In this document: positions 10,566 to 24,631 of the stretch, piece by piece
Numbering within the stretch: position 1 is the stretch's first letter
Layout: every line of letters starts with the position of its first letter
Assembly: GCA_964016885.1 (NCBI GenBank)
Contig: OZ024744.1
Location: forward strand, 131,564,001 to 131,628,000
DNA: 64,000 nucleotides
Origin: Eledone cirrhosa
Lineage: Eukaryota
Direction: 5' to 3'
Made by a program: the position numbers and the translations under genes
Notes under the pieces: model-generated
What the model saw: only the letters and a program-made list of their open reading frames with translations
What the model was told of the DNA's origin: nothing
The model's database searches: none

Positions 10566-13500
10566 TTCGGGGTTAAGTTAAGTTGGGGTTAAGTTAAGTT
10601 AGGCTTAACTTAAGTTGGGGTTAAGTTAAGTTGGGGGTAAGTTAATTTCTGGGTAAGTTAAGTTGGGGTTAAGTTAAGTTGGGGTTAAGTTGGGGTTAAG
10701 TTAAGTTAGGGTTAAGTTAAGTTGGGGTTGAGTTAAGTTGGGGTTAAGTTAAGTTGGGGTTAAGTTAAGTTGGGGTAAAGTTAAGTTGGGTTTAAGTTAA
10801 GTTGGGGTTAAATTAAGTTGGGGTTAAATTAAGTTGGGGTTAAGTTAAGTTGGGGTTAAGTTAAGTTGGGGTTAAATTAAGTTGGGGTTACGTTAAGTTG
10901 GTGTTAAGTTAAGTTGGGGTTAATTTAAGTTGGGGTTAATTAAGTTAGGGTTCAGTTAAGTTGGGGTTAAGTTAAGTTGGGGTTAATTTAAGTTGGGGTT
11001 GAGTTAAGTTAGGGTTAAGTTAATTTGGGGTTATATTAAGTTGGGGTTAAGTTAAGGTGGGGTTAAGTTAAGTTGGGGTTCAGTTAAGTTGCGGTTAAGT
11101 TAAGTTGGGGTTAAGTTAAGTTGGGGTTAAGTTAAGTTGGGGTTAAGTTAAGTTGGGGTCAAGTTAAGTTGGGGTTAAGTTAAGTTGGGGTTAAGTTAAG
11201 TTGGTTAGTTAAGTTGAGTTTAAGTTAAGTTGGGGTTAATTTAAGTTGGGGTTAAGTTAAGTTGGTGTTAAGTTAAGTTGGGGCTAAGTTAAGTTGGGGC
11301 TGAGTTAAGTTGGGGTTAAGTTAAGTTGGGGTTGAGTTAAGTTGGGGTTAAGTTAAGTTGGGGTTAAGTTAAGTTGGGGTTTAGTTAAGTTGGGGTTCAG
11401 TTAAGTTGGGGTTAAGTTAAGTTGGGGTTAAGATGGGGTTAAATTAAGTTGGGGTTAAGTTAAGTTGGGGCTAAGTTAAGTTGGGGCTGAGTTAAGTTGG
11501 GGTTAAGTTAAGTTGGGGTTCAGTTAAGTCGGGGTTAAGTTAAGTCGGGGTTAAGTTAAGTTAGGGTTAAGTTAAGTTGGAGTTAAGTTAAGTTCTGGGT
11601 AAGTTAAGTTGGGGTTAAGTTAAGTTGGGGTTAAGATGGGGTTAAATTAAGTTGGGGTTAAGTTAAGTTGGGGTTAAGTTAAGTTGGGGTTAAGTTAAGT
11701 TGGGGTTAAGTTAAGTCGGGGTTAAGTTAAGTCGGGGTTAAGTTAAGTTGGGGTTAAGTTAAGTTGGGGTTAAGTTAAGTTAGGCTTAACTTAAGTTGGG
11801 CTTAAGTTAAGTTGGGGGTAAGTTAAGTTCTGGGTAAGTTAATTTGGGGTTAAGTTAAGTTGGGGTTAAGTTGGGGTTAAGTTAAGTTAGGGTTAAGTTA
11901 AGTTGGGGTTGAGTTAAGTTGGGGTTAAGTTAAGTTGGGGTTAAGTTAAGTTGGGGTCAAGTTAAGTTGGGGTTAAAATTAAGTTGGGGTTAAGTCAAGT
12001 TGGGGTTAAGTTAAGTTGGGGTTAATTTAGTTGGGGTTAAGTTAAGTTGGGGCTAAGATAAGTTGGGGCTAAGTTAAGTTGGGGCTAAGTTAAGTTGGGG
12101 TTAAGTTAAGTTAGGGTTAAGTTAAGTTGGGGTTAATTTAAATTGGGGTTAAGTTAACTTTGTGGTTAAGTTAAGTTGGGGTTAAGTTAAGTTGGGGTTA
12201 AGTTAAGTTGGGGTTGAGTTAAGTTGGGGTTGAGTGAAGTTGGGGTTAAGTTACGTTGGGGTTAAGTTAAGATGGCGTTAAGTTAAGTTGGGGTTGAGTT
12301 AAGTTGGGGTTGAGTTAATTTAGGGTTAAGTTAAGTTGGGGTAAAGTTAAGTTGGGTTTAAGTTAAGTTGGGGTTAAATCAAGTTGGGGTTAAGTTAAGT
12401 TGGTGTTAATTTAGTTGGGGTTAAGTTAAGTTGGGGCTAAGTTAAGTTGGGGTTAAGTTAAGTTGGGGTTAAGTTAAGTTGGTTAGTTAAGTTGAGTTTA
12501 AGTTAAGTTGGGGTTAATTTAAGTTGGGGTTAAGTTAAGTTGGTGTTAAGTTAAGTTGGGGCTAAGTTAAGTTGGGGCTGAGTTAAGTTGGGGTTAAGTT
12601 AAGTTGGGGTTGAGTTAAGTTGGGGTTAAGTTAAGTTGGGGTTAAGTTAAGTTGGGGTTTAGTTAAGTTGGGGTTCAGTTAAGTTGGGGTTAAGTTAAGT
12701 TGGGGTTAAGATGGGGTTAAATTAAGTTGGGGTTAAGTTAAGTTGGGGCTGAGTTAAGTTGGGGTTAAGTTAAGTTGGGGTTCAGTTAAGTCGGGGTTAA
12801 GTTAAGTCGGGGTTAAGTTAAGTTAGGGTTAAGTTAAGTTGGAGTTAAGTTAAGTTCTGGGTAAGTTAAGTTGGGGTTAAGTTAAGTTGGGGTTAAGATG
12901 GGGTTAAATTAAGTTGGGGTTAAGTTAAGTTGGGGTTAAGTTAAGTTGGGGTTAAGTTAAGTTGGGGTTAAGTTAAGTCGGGGTTAAGTTAAGTCGGGGT
13001 TAAGTTAAGTTGGGGTTAAGTTAAGTTGGGGTTAAGTTAAGTTAGGCTTAACTTAAGTTGGGCTTAAGTTAAGTTGGGGGTAAGTTAAGTTCTGGGTAAG
13101 TTAATTTGGGGTTAAGTTAAGTTGGGGTTAAGTTGGGGTTAAGTTAAGTTAGGGTTAAGTTAAGTTGGGGTTGAGTTAAGTTGGGGTTAAGTTAAGTTGG
13201 GGTTAAGTTAAGTTGGGGTCAAGTTAAGTTGGGGTTAAAATTAAGTTGGGGTTAAGTCAAGTTGGGGTTAAGTTAAGTTGGGGTTAATTTAGTTGGGGTT
13301 AAGTTAAGTTGGGGCTAAGATAAGTTGGGGCTAAGTTAAGTTGGGGCTAAGTTAAGTTGGGGTTAAGTTAAGTTAGGGTTAAGTTAAGTTGGGGTTAATT
13401 TAAATTGGGGTTAAGTTAACTTTGTGGTTAAGTTAAGTTGGGGTTAAGTTAAGTTGGGGTTAAGTTAAGTTGGGGTTGAGTTAAGTTGGGGTTGAGTGAA

Positions 13501-14658
13501 GTTGGGGTTAAGTTAAGTTGGGGTTAATTTAAGTTGGGGTTAAGTTAAGTCGGGCTTAAGTTAAGTTGGGGTTGAGTTAAGTTGGGGTTAATTTAAGTTG
13601 GGGCTAAGTTAATTTGTGGTTAAGTTAAGTTGGGGTTAAGTTAAGTTGGGGTTAAGTTAAGTTGGGGTTGAGTTAAGTTGGGGTTGAGTTAATTTAGGGT
13701 TAAGTTAAGTTGGGGTTAAGTTAAGTTGGGTTTAAGTTAAGTTGGGGTTAAATTAAGTTGGGGTTAAATTAAGTTGGGGTTAAGTTAAGTTGGGGGTAAG
13801 TTAAGTTGGGGGCAAGTTAAGTTGGGGTTAAGTTAAGTTGGGGTTAAATTAAGTTGGGGTTAAGTTTAGTTGGTGTTAAGTTAAGTTGGGGTTTATTTAA
13901 GTTGGGGTTAATTAAGTTGGGGCTGAGTTAAGTTGGGGCTGAATTAAGTTGGGGTTAAGTTAAGTTGGGGTTGAGTTAAGTTGGGGTTAAGTTAAGTTGG
14001 GGTTAAGTTAAGTTGGGGTTAAGTTAAGTTGGGGTTTAGTTAAGTTGGGGTTCAGTTAAGTTGGGGTTAAGTTGGGGTTAAATTAATTTGGGGTTAAGTT
14101 AAGTTGGGGTTTAGTTTAGTTGGGGTTAAATTAAGTTGGGGTTAATTTAAGTTGGTGTTAAGTTAAGTTGCGGGTAATTTAAGTTGGGGTCAAGTTAAGT
14201 TGGGGTTAAGTTAAGTTGGGGTTAAGTTAAGTTGGGGTTAAGTTAAGTTGGGGGTAAGTTAAGTTGGGGGTAAGTTAAGTTGGGGGTAAGTTAAGTTGGG
14301 GTTAAGTTATGTTGGGGTTAAGTTAAGTTAGGGTTAAGTTAAGTTGGGGTTGAGTTAAGTTGGGGTTAAGTTAAGTTGGGGTTATGTTAAGTTGGGGTTA
14401 AGTTAAGTTGGTTCGTTAAGTTGAGTTTAAGTTAAGTTGGGGTTAATTTAAGTTGGGGTTAAGTTAAGTTGGGGTTAAGTTGGGGTTAAGTTAAGTTGGG
14501 GTTCAGTTAAGTTGGGGTTAAGTCAAGTTGGGGTTAAGTTGGGGTTAAATTAATTTGGGGTTAAGTTAAGTTGGGGTTAAGTTAAGTTGGGGTTATGTTA
14601 AGTTGGGGTTAAGTTAAGTTGGGGTTAAGTTAATTCGTGGTTAAGTTAAGTTGTGGTT

Positions 14659-15082
14659 AACCCCAACTTCACTCAACCCCACCTTAACTCAACCCCAACT
14701 TAACTTAACCCCAACTTCACTCAACCCCAACTTAACTTAACCCCAACTTCACTCAACCCCAACTTAACTCAACCCCAACTTAACTTAACCCCAACTTAAC
14801 TTAACCCTAACTTAACTTAACCCGACTTAACTTAACTTCGACTTAACTTAACCCCAACTTAACTTAACCCCAACTTAACTTAACCCCAACTTAACTTAAC
14901 CACAAATTAACTTAACCCCAACTTAAATTAACCCCAACTTAAATTAACCCCAACTTAACTTAACCCCAACTTAACTTAACCCCAACTTAACTCACACCCA
15001 ACTTAACTTACCCCCAACTTAACTTAACCCCAACATGACTTAACACCAAATTAACTTAACCCCAACTTAACTTAACCCCAAA
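14659..15082 (-). repeat. Inverted satellite island 4 (424 bp, type B)
   Basis: Left junction GTGGTT|AACCCC, 1-bp shorter AACCCGAC, AACACCAAATT marker; right junction followed directly by the TAGGCTTAAC unit. Confidence 0.97.
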
Positions 15083-18000
15083 TTCGGGGTTAAGTTAAGT
15101 TAGGCTTAACTTAAGTTGGGGTTAAGTTAAATTGGGGGTAAGTTAAGTTCTGGGTAAGTTAAGTTGGGGTTAAGTTAAGTTGGTTTAAGTTGGGGTTAAG
15201 TTAAGTTAGGGTTAAGTTAAGTTGGGGTTGAGTTAAGTTGGTGTTAAGTTAAGTTGGGGTTAATTTAAGTTGGGGCTAAGTTAAGTTGGGGCTAAGTTAA
15301 GTTGGGGCTAAGTTAAGTTGGGGTTCAGTTAAGTTGGGGTTAAGTTAAGTTGGGGTTAAGTTAAGTTGGGGTCAAGTTAAGTTGGGGTTAAAATTAAGTT
15401 GGGGTTAAATCAAGTTGGGGTTAAGTTAAGTTGGGGTTAATTTAAATTGGGGTTAAGTTAACTTTGTGGTTAAGTTAAGTTGGGGTTAAGTTAAGTTGGG
15501 GTTAAGTTAAGTTGGGGTTGAGTTAAGTTGGGGTTGAGTGAAGTTGGGGTTAAGTTAAGTTGGGGTTAAGTTGGCGTTAAGTTAAGTTGGGGTTGAATTA
15601 AGTTGGGGTTGAGTTAATTTAGGGTTAAGTTAAGTTGGGGTTAAGTTAAGTTGGGTTTAAGTTAGGTTGGGGTTAAATTAAGTTGGGGTTAAATTAAGTT
15701 GGGGTTAAGTTAAGTTGGGGGTAAGTTAAGTTGGTGTTAAGTTAAGTTGGGGTTAAGTTAAGTTGGGGTTAAGTTAAGTTGGGGTCAAGTTAAGTTGGGG
15801 TTAAAATTAAGTTGGGGTTAAGTCAAGTTGGGGTTAAGTTAAGTTTGAGTTAATTTAGTTGGGGTTAAGTTAAGTTGGGGCTAAGTTAAGTTAGGGCTAA
15901 GTTAAGTTGGGGCTGAGTTAAGTTGGGGTTAAGTTAAGTTGGGGTTAATTAAGGTGGGGTTAATTTAAGTTGGGGTTAAGTTAAGTTGGTGTTAAGTTAA
16001 GTTGGGGCTAAGTTAACTTGGGGCTGAGTTAAGTTGGGGCTGAGTTAAGTTGGGGTAAATTTAAGTTGGGGTTGAGTTAAGTTGGGGTTAAGTTAAGTTG
16101 GGGTTAAGTTAAGTTGGGGTTAAGTTAAGTTGGGGTTAAGTTAAGTTGGGGTTCAGTTAAGTTGGGGTTAAGTTAAGTTGGGGTTAGGATGGGGTTAAAT
16201 TAAGTTGGGGTTAAGTTAAGTTGGGGTTAAGTTAAGTTGGGGTTAAGTTAAGTTGGGGTTAAGTTAAGTCGGGGTTAAGTTAAGTCGTGGTTAAGTTAAG
16301 TTAGGGTTAAGTTAAGTTGGAGTTAAGTTAAGTTGGGGTTGAGTTAAGTTGGGGTTGAGTTAAATTGGGGTGGAGTTAAGTTGGGGTTGAGTTAAGTTGG
16401 TGTTGAGTTAAGTTGGGATTAAGTTAAGTTGGGGTTAAGTTAAGTTGCAGTTAAGTTAAGTTGAGGTTAAGTTAAGTTGGGGTTAAGTTAAGTTGGGGTT
16501 AAGTTAAGTTGGGGCTACGTTAAGTTGGGGCTAAGTTAAGTTGGGGCTCAGTTAAGTTGGGGTTCAGTTAAGTTGGGGTTAAGTTAAGTTTGGGTTAAGT
16601 TGGGGTTAAATTAAGTTGGGGTTAAGTTAAGTTGGGGTTTAGTTAAGTTGGGGTTAAGTTAAGTTGGGGTTAATTTAAGTTGGGGTTAAGTTAAGTTGGG
16701 GTTAAGTTGGCGTTAAGTTAAGTTGGGGTTGAATTAAGTTGGGGTTGAGTTAATTTAGGGTTAAGTTAAGTTGGGGTTAAGTTAAGTTGGGTTTAAGTTA
16801 AGTTGGGGTTAAATTAAGTTGGGGTTAAATTAAGTTGGGGTTAAGTTAAGTTGGGGGTAAGTTAAGTTGGTGTTAAGTTAAGTTGGGGTTAAGTTAAGTT
16901 GGGGTTAAGTTAAGTTGGGGTCAAGTTAAGTTGGTGTTAAGTTAAGTTGGGGTTAAGTTAAGTTGGGGCTCAGTTAAGTTGGGGCTAAGTTAAGTTGGGG
17001 CTAATTTAAGTTGGGGTTAAGTTAAGTTGGGGTTAAGTTAAGGTGGGGTTAATTTAAGTTGGGGTCAACTTAAATTGGGGTTAAGTTAAGTTGGGGTTAA
17101 GTTAAGTTGGGGTTAAGTTAAGTTGGGGTTAAGTTAAGTTGGGGTTAAGTTAAGTTGGGGTTGAGTTAAGTTGGGGTTAAGTTAAGTTGGGGGTAAGTTA
17201 AGTTGGGGGCAAGTTAAGTTGGGGTTAAGTTAAGTTGGGGTTAAATTAAGTTGGGGTTAAGTTTAGTTGGTGTTAAGTTAAGTTGGGGTTTATTTAAGTT
17301 GGGGTTAATTAAGTTGGGGCTGAGTTAAGTTGGGGCTGAATTAAGTTGGGGTTAAGTTAAGTTGGGGTTGAGTTAAGTTGCGGTTAAGTTAAGTTGGGGT
17401 TAAGTTAAGTTGGGGTTAAGTTAAGTTGGGGTTGAGTTAAGTTGGGGTTAAGTTAAGTTGGGGTTCAGTTAAGTTGGTGTTAAGTTAAGTTGGGGTTAAG
17501 ATGGGGTTAAATTAAGTTGGGGTTAAGTTAAGTTGGGGTTAAGTTAAGTTGGGGTTAAGTTAAGTTGGGGTTAAGTTAAGTCGGGGTTAAGTTAAGTCGG
17601 GGTTAAGTTAAGTTAGGGTTAAGTTAAGTTGGAGTTAAGTTAAGTTGGGGTCAAGTTAAGTTGGGGTTAAGTTAAGTTGGGGTTAAGTTAAGTTGGGGTT
17701 AAGTTAAGTTGGGGGTAAGTTAAGTTGGGGGTAAGTTAAGTTGGGGGTAAGTTAAGTTGGGGTTAAGTTAAGTTGGGGTTAAGTTAAGTTAGGGTTAAGT
17801 TAAGTTGGGGTTGAGTTAAGTTGGGGTTAAGTTAAGTTGGGGTTATGTTAAGTTGGGGTTAAGTTAAGTTGGTTCGTTAAGTTGAGTTTAAGTTAAGTTG
17901 GGGTTAATTTAAGTTGGGGTTAAGTTAAGTTGGGGTTAAGTTAAGTTGGGGTTAAGTTAAGTTGGGGTTCAGTTAAGTTGGGGTTAAGTCAAGTTGGGGT

Positions 18001-18124
18001 TAAGTTGGGGTTAAATTAATTTGGGGTTAAGTTAAGTTGGGGTTAAGTTAAGTTGGGGTTATATTAAGTTGGGGTTAAGTTAAGTTGGGGTTAAGTTAAT
18101 TTGTTGTTAAGTTAAGTTGTGGTT

Positions 18125-18548
18125 AACCCCAACTTCACTCAACCCCACCTTAACTCAACCCCAACTTAACTTAACCCCAACTTCACTCAACCCCAACTTA
18201 ACTTAACCCCAACTTCACTCAACCCCAATTTGACTCAACCCCAACTTAACTTAACCCCAACTTAACTTAACCCTAACTTAACTTAACCCGACTTAACTTA
18301 ACTTCGACTTAACTTAACCCCAACTTAACTTAACCCCAACTTAACTTAACCCCAACTTAACTTAACCACAAATTAACTTAACCCCAACTTAAATTAACCC
18401 CAACTTAAATTAACCCCAACTTAACTTAACCCCAACTTAACTTAACCCCAACTTAACTCACACCCAACTTAACTTACCCCCAACTTAACTTAACCCCAAC
18501 TTGACTTAACACCAAATTAACTTAACCCCAACTTAACTTAACCCCAAA
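18125..18548 (-). repeat. Inverted satellite island 5 (424 bp, type B)
   Basis: Type B markers; CCCAATTTGACTC shared with island 7. Confidence 0.97.
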
Positions 18549-21212
18549 TTCGGGGTTAAGTTAAGTTAGGCTTAACTTAAGTTGGGGTTAAGTTAAATTG
18601 GGGGTAAGTTAAGTTCTGGGTAAGTTAAGTTGGGGTTAAGTTAAGTTGGGGTTAAGTTGGGGTTAAGTTAAGTTAGGGTTAAGTTAAGTTAGGGTTAAGT
18701 TAAGTTGGGGTTGAGTTAAGTTGGTGTTAAGTTAAGTTGGGGTTAAGTTAAGTTGGGGCTAAGTTAAGTTGGGGCTAAGTTAAGTTGGGGCTAAGTTAAG
18801 TTGGGGTTCAGTTAAGTTGGGGTTAAGTTAAGTTGGGGTTAAGTTAAGTTGGGGTCAAGTTAAGTTGGGGTTAAAATTAAGTTGGGGTTAAATCAAGTTG
18901 GGGTTAAGTTAAGTTGGGGTTAATTTAAATTGGGGTTAAGTTAACTTTGTGGTTAAGTTAAGTTGGGGTTAAGTTAAGTTGGGGTTAAGTTAAGTTGGGG
19001 TTGAGTTAAGTTGGGGTTGAGTGAAGTTGGGGTTAAGTTAAGTTGGGGTTAAGTTGGCGTTAAGTTAAGTTGGGGTTGAATTAAGTTGGGGTTGAGTTAA
19101 TTTAGGGTTAAGTTAAGTTGGGGTTAAGTTAAGTTGGGTTTAAGTTAAGTTGGGGTTAAATTAAGTTGGGGTTAAATTAAGTTGGGGTTAAGTTAAGTTG
19201 GGGGTAAGTTAAGTTGGTGTTAAGTTAAGTTGGGGTTAAGTTAAGTTGGGGTTAAGTTAAGTTGGGGTCAAGTTAAGTTGAGGTTAAAATTAAGTTGGGG
19301 TTAAGTCAAGTTGGGGTTAAGTCAAGTTTGAGTTAATTTAGTTGGGGTTAAGTTAAGTTGGGGCTAAGTTAAGTTGGGGCTAAGTTAAGTTGGGGCTGAG
19401 TTAAGTTGGGGTTAAGTTAAGTTGGGGTTAATTAAGGTGGGGTTAATTTAAGTTGGGGTTAATTTATGTTGGTGTGAAGTTAAGTTGGGGCTAAGTTAAT
19501 TTGGGGCTGAGTTAAGTTGGGGCTGAGTTAAGTTGGGGTTAATTTAAGTTGGGGTTGAGTTAAGTTGGGGTTAACTTAAGTTGGGGTTAAGTTAAGTTGG
19601 GGTTAAGTTAAGTTGGGGTTGAGTTAAGTTGGGGTTAAGTTAAGTTGGGGTTAAGTTAAGTTGGGTTCAGTTAAGTTGGGGTTAAGTTAAGTTGGGGTTA
19701 AGATGGGGTTAAATTAAGTTGGGGTTAAGTTAAGTTGGGGTTAAGTTAATTTGGGGTTAAGTTAAGTTGGGGTTAAGTTAAGTCGGGGTTAAGTTAAGTC
19801 GTGGTTAAGTTAAGTTAGGGTTAAGTTAAGTTGGAGTTAAGTTAAGTTGGGGTTGAGTTAAGTTGGGGTTGAGTTAAATTGGGGTGGAGTTAAGTTGGGG
19901 TTGAGTTAAGTTGGTGTTGAGTTAAGTTGGGATTAAGTTAAGTTGGGGTTAAGTTAAGTTGCAGTTAAGTTAAGTTGAGGTTAAGTTAAGTTGGGGTTAA
20001 GTTAAGTTGGGGTTAAGTTAAGTTGGGGCTAAGTTAAGTTGGGGCTAAGTTAAGTTGGGGCTAAGTTAAGTTGGGGTTCAGTTAAGTTGGGGTTAAGTTA
20101 AGTTTGGGTTAAGTTGGGGTTAAATTAAGTTGGGGTTAAGTTAAGTTGGGGTTTAGTTAAGTTGGGGTTAAGTTAAGTTGGGGTTAATTTAAGTTGGGGT
20201 TAAGTTAAGTTGGGGTTAAGTTGGCGTTAAGTTAAGTTGGGGTTGAATTAAGTTGGGGTTGAGTTAATTTAGGGTTAAGTTAAGTTGGGGTTAAGTTAAG
20301 TTGGGTTTAAGTTAAGTTGGGGTTAAATTAAGTTGGGGTTAAATTAAGTTGGGGTTAAGTTAAGTTGGGGGTAAGTTAAGTTGGTGTTAAGTTAAGTTGG
20401 GGTTAAGTTAAGTTGGGGTTAAGTTAAGTTGGGGTCAAGTTAAGTTGGTGTTAAGTTAAGTTGGGGTTAAGTTAAGTTGGGGCTAAGTTAAGTTGGGGCT
20501 AAGTTAAGTTGGGGCTAAGTTAAGTTGGGGTTAAGTTAAGTTGGGGTTAAGTTAAGGTGGGGTTAATTTAAGTTGGGGTCAACTTAAATTGGGGTTAAGT
20601 TAAGTTGGGGTTAAGTTAAGTTGGGGTTAAGTTAAGTTGGGGTTAAGTTAAGTTGGGGTTAAGTTAAGTTGGGGTTGAGTTAAGTTGGGGTTAAGTTAAG
20701 TTGGGGTTCAGTTAAGTTGGTGTTAAGTTAAGTTGGGGTTAAGATGGGGTTAAATTAAGTTGGGGTTAAGTTAAGTTGGGGTTAAGTTAAGTTGGGGTTA
20801 AGTTAAGTTGGGGTTAAGTTAAGTCGGGGTTAAGTTAAGTCGGGGTTAAGTTAAGTTAGGGTTAAGTTAAGTTGGAGTTAAGTTAAGTTGGGGTTGAGTT
20901 AAGTTGGGGTTAAGTTAAGTTGGGGTTAAGTTAAGTTGGGGTTAAGTTAAGTTGGGGGTAAGTTAAGTTGGGGGTAAGCTAAGTTGGGGGTAAGTTAAGT
21001 TGGGGTTAAGTTAAGTTGGGGTTAAGTTAAGTTGGGGTTAAGTTAAGTTGGTTCGTTAAGTTGAGTTTAAGTTAAGTTGGGGTTAATTTAAGTTGGGGTT
21101 AAATTAATTTGGGGTTAAGTTAAGTTGGGGTTAAGTTAAGTTGGGGTTATGTTAAGTTGGGGTTAAGTTAAGTTGGGGTTAAGTTAATTTGTTGTTAAGT
21201 TAAGTTGTGGTT

Positions 21213-21636
21213 AACCCCAACTTCACTCAACCCCACCTTAACTCAACCCCAACTTAACTTAACCCCAACTTCACTCAACCCCAACTTAACTTAACCCCAA
21301 CTTCACTCAACCCCAACTTAACTCAACCCCAACTTAACTTAACCCCAACTTAACTTAACCCTAACTTAACTTAACCCGACTTAACTTAACCTCGACTTAA
21401 CTTAACCCCAACTTAACTTAACCCCAACTTAACTTAACCCCAACTTAACTTAACCACAAATTAACTTAACCCCAACTTAAATTAACCCCAACTTAAATTA
21501 ACCCCAACTTAACTTAACCCCAACTTAACTTAACCCCAACTTAACTCACACCCAACTTAACTTACCCCCAACTTAACTTAACCCCAACTTGACTTAACAC
21601 CAAATTAACTTAACCCCAACTTAACTTAACCCCAAA
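21213..21636 (-). repeat. Inverted satellite island 6 (424 bp, type B)
   Basis: Type B markers; AACCTCGAC shared with island 8. Confidence 0.97.
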
Positions 21637-24631
21637 TTCGGGGTTAAGTTAAGTTAGGCTTAACTTAAGTTGGGGTTAAGTTAAATTGGGGGTAAGTTAA
21701 GTTCTGGGTAAGTTAAGTTGGGGTTAAGTTAAGTTGGGGTTAAGTTGGGGTTAAGTTAAGTTAGGGTTAAGTTAAGTTAGGGTTAAGTTAAGTTGGGGTT
21801 GAGTTAAGTTGGTGTTAAGTTAAGTTGGGGTTAAGTTAAGTTGGGGCTAAGTTAAGTTGGGGCTAAGTTAAGTTGGGGCTAAGTTAAGTTGGGGTTCAGT
21901 TAAGTTGGGGTTAAGTTAAGTTGGGGTTAAGTTAAGTTGGGGTCAAGTTAAGTTGGGGTTAAAATTAAGTTGGGGTTAAATCAAGTTGGGGTTAAGTTAA
22001 GTTGGGGTTAATTTAAATTGGGGTTAAGTTAACTTTGTGGTTAAGTTAAGTTGGGGTTAAGTTAAGTTGGGGTTAAGTTAAGTTGGGGTTGAGTTAAGTT
22101 GGGGTTGAGTGAAGTTGGGGTTAAGTTAAGTTGGGGTTAAGTTGGCGTTAAGTTAAGTTGGGGTTGAATTAAGTTGGGGTTGAGTTAATTTAGGGTTAAG
22201 TTAAGTTGGGGTTAAGTTAAGTTGGGTTTAAGTTAAGTTGGGGTTAAATTAAGTTGGGGTTAAATTAAGTTGGGGTTAAGTTAAGTTGGGGGTAAGTTAA
22301 GTTGGTGTTAAGTTAAGTTGGGGTTAAGTTAAGTTGGGGTTAAGTTAAGTTGGGGTCAAGTTAAGTTGGGGTTAAAATTAAGTTGGGGTTAAGTCAAGTT
22401 GGGGTTAAGTCAAGTTTGAGTTAATTTAGTTGGGGTTAAGTTAAGTTGGGGCTAAGTTAAGTTGGGGCTAAGTTAAGTTGGGGCTGAGTTAAGTTGGGGT
22501 TAAGTTAAGTTGGGGTTAATTAAGGTGGGGTTAATTTAAGTTGGGGTTAAGTTATGTTGGTGTGAAGTTAAGTTGGGGCTAAGTTAATTTGGGGCTGAGT
22601 TAAGTTGGGGCTGAGTTAAGTTGGGGTTAATTTAAGTTGGGGTTGAGTTAAGTTGGGGTTAAGTTAAGTTGGGGTTAAGTTAAGTTGGGGTTAAGTTAAG
22701 TTGGGGTTGAGTTAAGTTGGGGTTAAGTTAAGTTGGGGTTAAGTTAAGTTGGGGTTCAGTTAAGTTGGGGTTAAGTTAAGTTGGGGTTAAGATGGGGTTA
22801 AATTAAGTTGGGGTTAAGTTAAGTTGGGGTTAAGTTAAGTTGGGGTTAAGTTAAGTTGGGGTTAAGTTAAGTCGGGGTTAAGTTAAGTCGTGGTTAAGTT
22901 AAGTTAGGGTTAAGTTAAGTTGGAGTTAAGTTAAGTTGGGGTTGAGTTAAGTTGGGGTTGAGTTAAATTGGGGTGGAGTTAAGTTGGGGTTGAGTTAAGT
23001 TGGTGTTGAGTTAAGTTGGGATTAAGTTAAGTTGGGGTTAAGTTAAGTTGCAGTTAAGTTAAGTTGAGGTTAAGTTAAGTTGGGGTTAAGTTAAGTTGGG
23101 GTTGAGTTAAGTTGGGGCTAAGTTAAGTTGGGGCTAAGTTAAGTTGGGGCTAAGTTAAGTTGGGGTTCAGTTAAGTTGGGGTTAAGTTAAGTTTGGGTTA
23201 AGTTGGGGTTAAATTAAGTTGGGGTTAAGTTAAGTTGGGGTTTAGTTAAGTTGGGGTTAAGTTAAGTTGGGGTTAATTTAAGTTGGGGTTAAGTTAAGTT
23301 GGGGTTAAGTTGGCGTTAAGTTAAGTTGGGGTTGAATTAAGTTGGGGTTGAGTTAATTTAGGGTTAAGTTAAGTTGGGGTTAAGTTAAGTTGGGGTTAAG
23401 TTAAGTTGGGGTTAAGTTAAGTTGGGGTCAAGTTAAGTTGGTGTTAAGTTAAGTTGGGGTTAAGTTAAGTTGGGGCTCAGTTAAGTTGGGGCTAAGTTAA
23501 GTTGGGGCTAATTTAAGTTGGGGTTAAGTTAAGTTGGGGTTAAGTTAAGGTGGGGTTAATTTAAGTTGGGGTCAACTTAAATTGGGGTTAAGTTAAGTTG
23601 GGGTTAAGTTAAGTTGGGGTTAAGTTAAGTTGGGGTTAAGTTAAGTTGGGGTTAAGTTAAGTTGGGGTTGAGTTAAGTTGGGGTTAAGTTAAGTTGGGGG
23701 TAAGTTAAGTTGGGGGCAAGTTAAGTTGGGGTTAAGTTAAGTTGGGGTTAAATTAAGTTGGGGTTAAGTTTAGTTGGTGTTAAGTTAAGTTGGGGTTTAT
23801 TTAAGTTGGGGTTAATTAAGTTGGGGCTGAGTTAAGTTGGGGCTGAATTAAGTTGGGGTTAAGTTAAGTTGGGGTTGAGTTAAGTTGCGGTTAAGTTAAG
23901 TTGGGGTTAAGTTAAGTTGGGGTTAAGTTAAGTTGGGGTTGAGTTAAGTTGGGGTTAAGTTAAGTTGGGGTTCAGTTAAGTTGGTGTTAAGTTAAGTTGG
24001 GGTTAAGATGGGGTTAAATTAAGTTGGGGTTAAGTTAAGTTGGGGTTAAGTTAAGTTGGGGTTAAGTTAAGTTGGGGTTAAGTTAAGTCGGGGTTAAGTT
24101 AAGTCGGGGTTAAGTTAAGTTAGGGTTAAGTTAAGTTGGAGTTAAGTTAAGTTGGGGTCAAGTTAAGTTGGGGTTAAGTTAAGTTGGGGTTAAGTTAAGT
24201 TGGGGTTAAGTTAAGTTGGGGGTAAGTTAAGTTGGGGGTAAGTTAAGTTGGGGGTAAGTTAAGTTGGGGTTAAGTTAAGTTGGGGTTAAGTTAAGTTAGG
24301 GTTAAGTTAAGTTGGGGTTGAGTTAAGTTGGGGTTAAGTTAAGTTGGGGTTATGTTAAGTTGGGGTTAAGTTAAGTTGGTTCGTTAAGTTGAGTTTAAGT
24401 TAAGTTGGGGTTAATTTAAGTTGGGGTTAAGTTAAGTTGGGGTTAAGTTAAGTTGGGGTTAAGTTAAGTTGGGGTTCAGTTAAGTTGGGGTTAAGTCAAG
24501 TTGGGGTTAAGTTGGGGTTAAATTAATTTGGGGTTAAGTTAAGTTGGGGTTAAGTTAAGTTGGGGTTATATTAAGTTGGGGTTAAGTTAAGTTGGGGTTA
24601 AGTTAATTTGTTGTTAAGTTAAGTTGTGGTT

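Larger units (their letters stand above)
5955..13730 (+). repeat. Higher-order tandem duplication, period 3873 bp (2 copies), each copy containing an internal ~1262-bp duplication
   Basis: Marker offsets 6268/10141, 7909/11782, 9171/13044 and 9682/13555 are all 3873. The AGGCTTAAC marker at 7909/9171 gives 1262. Boundaries are approximate. Confidence 0.9.
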
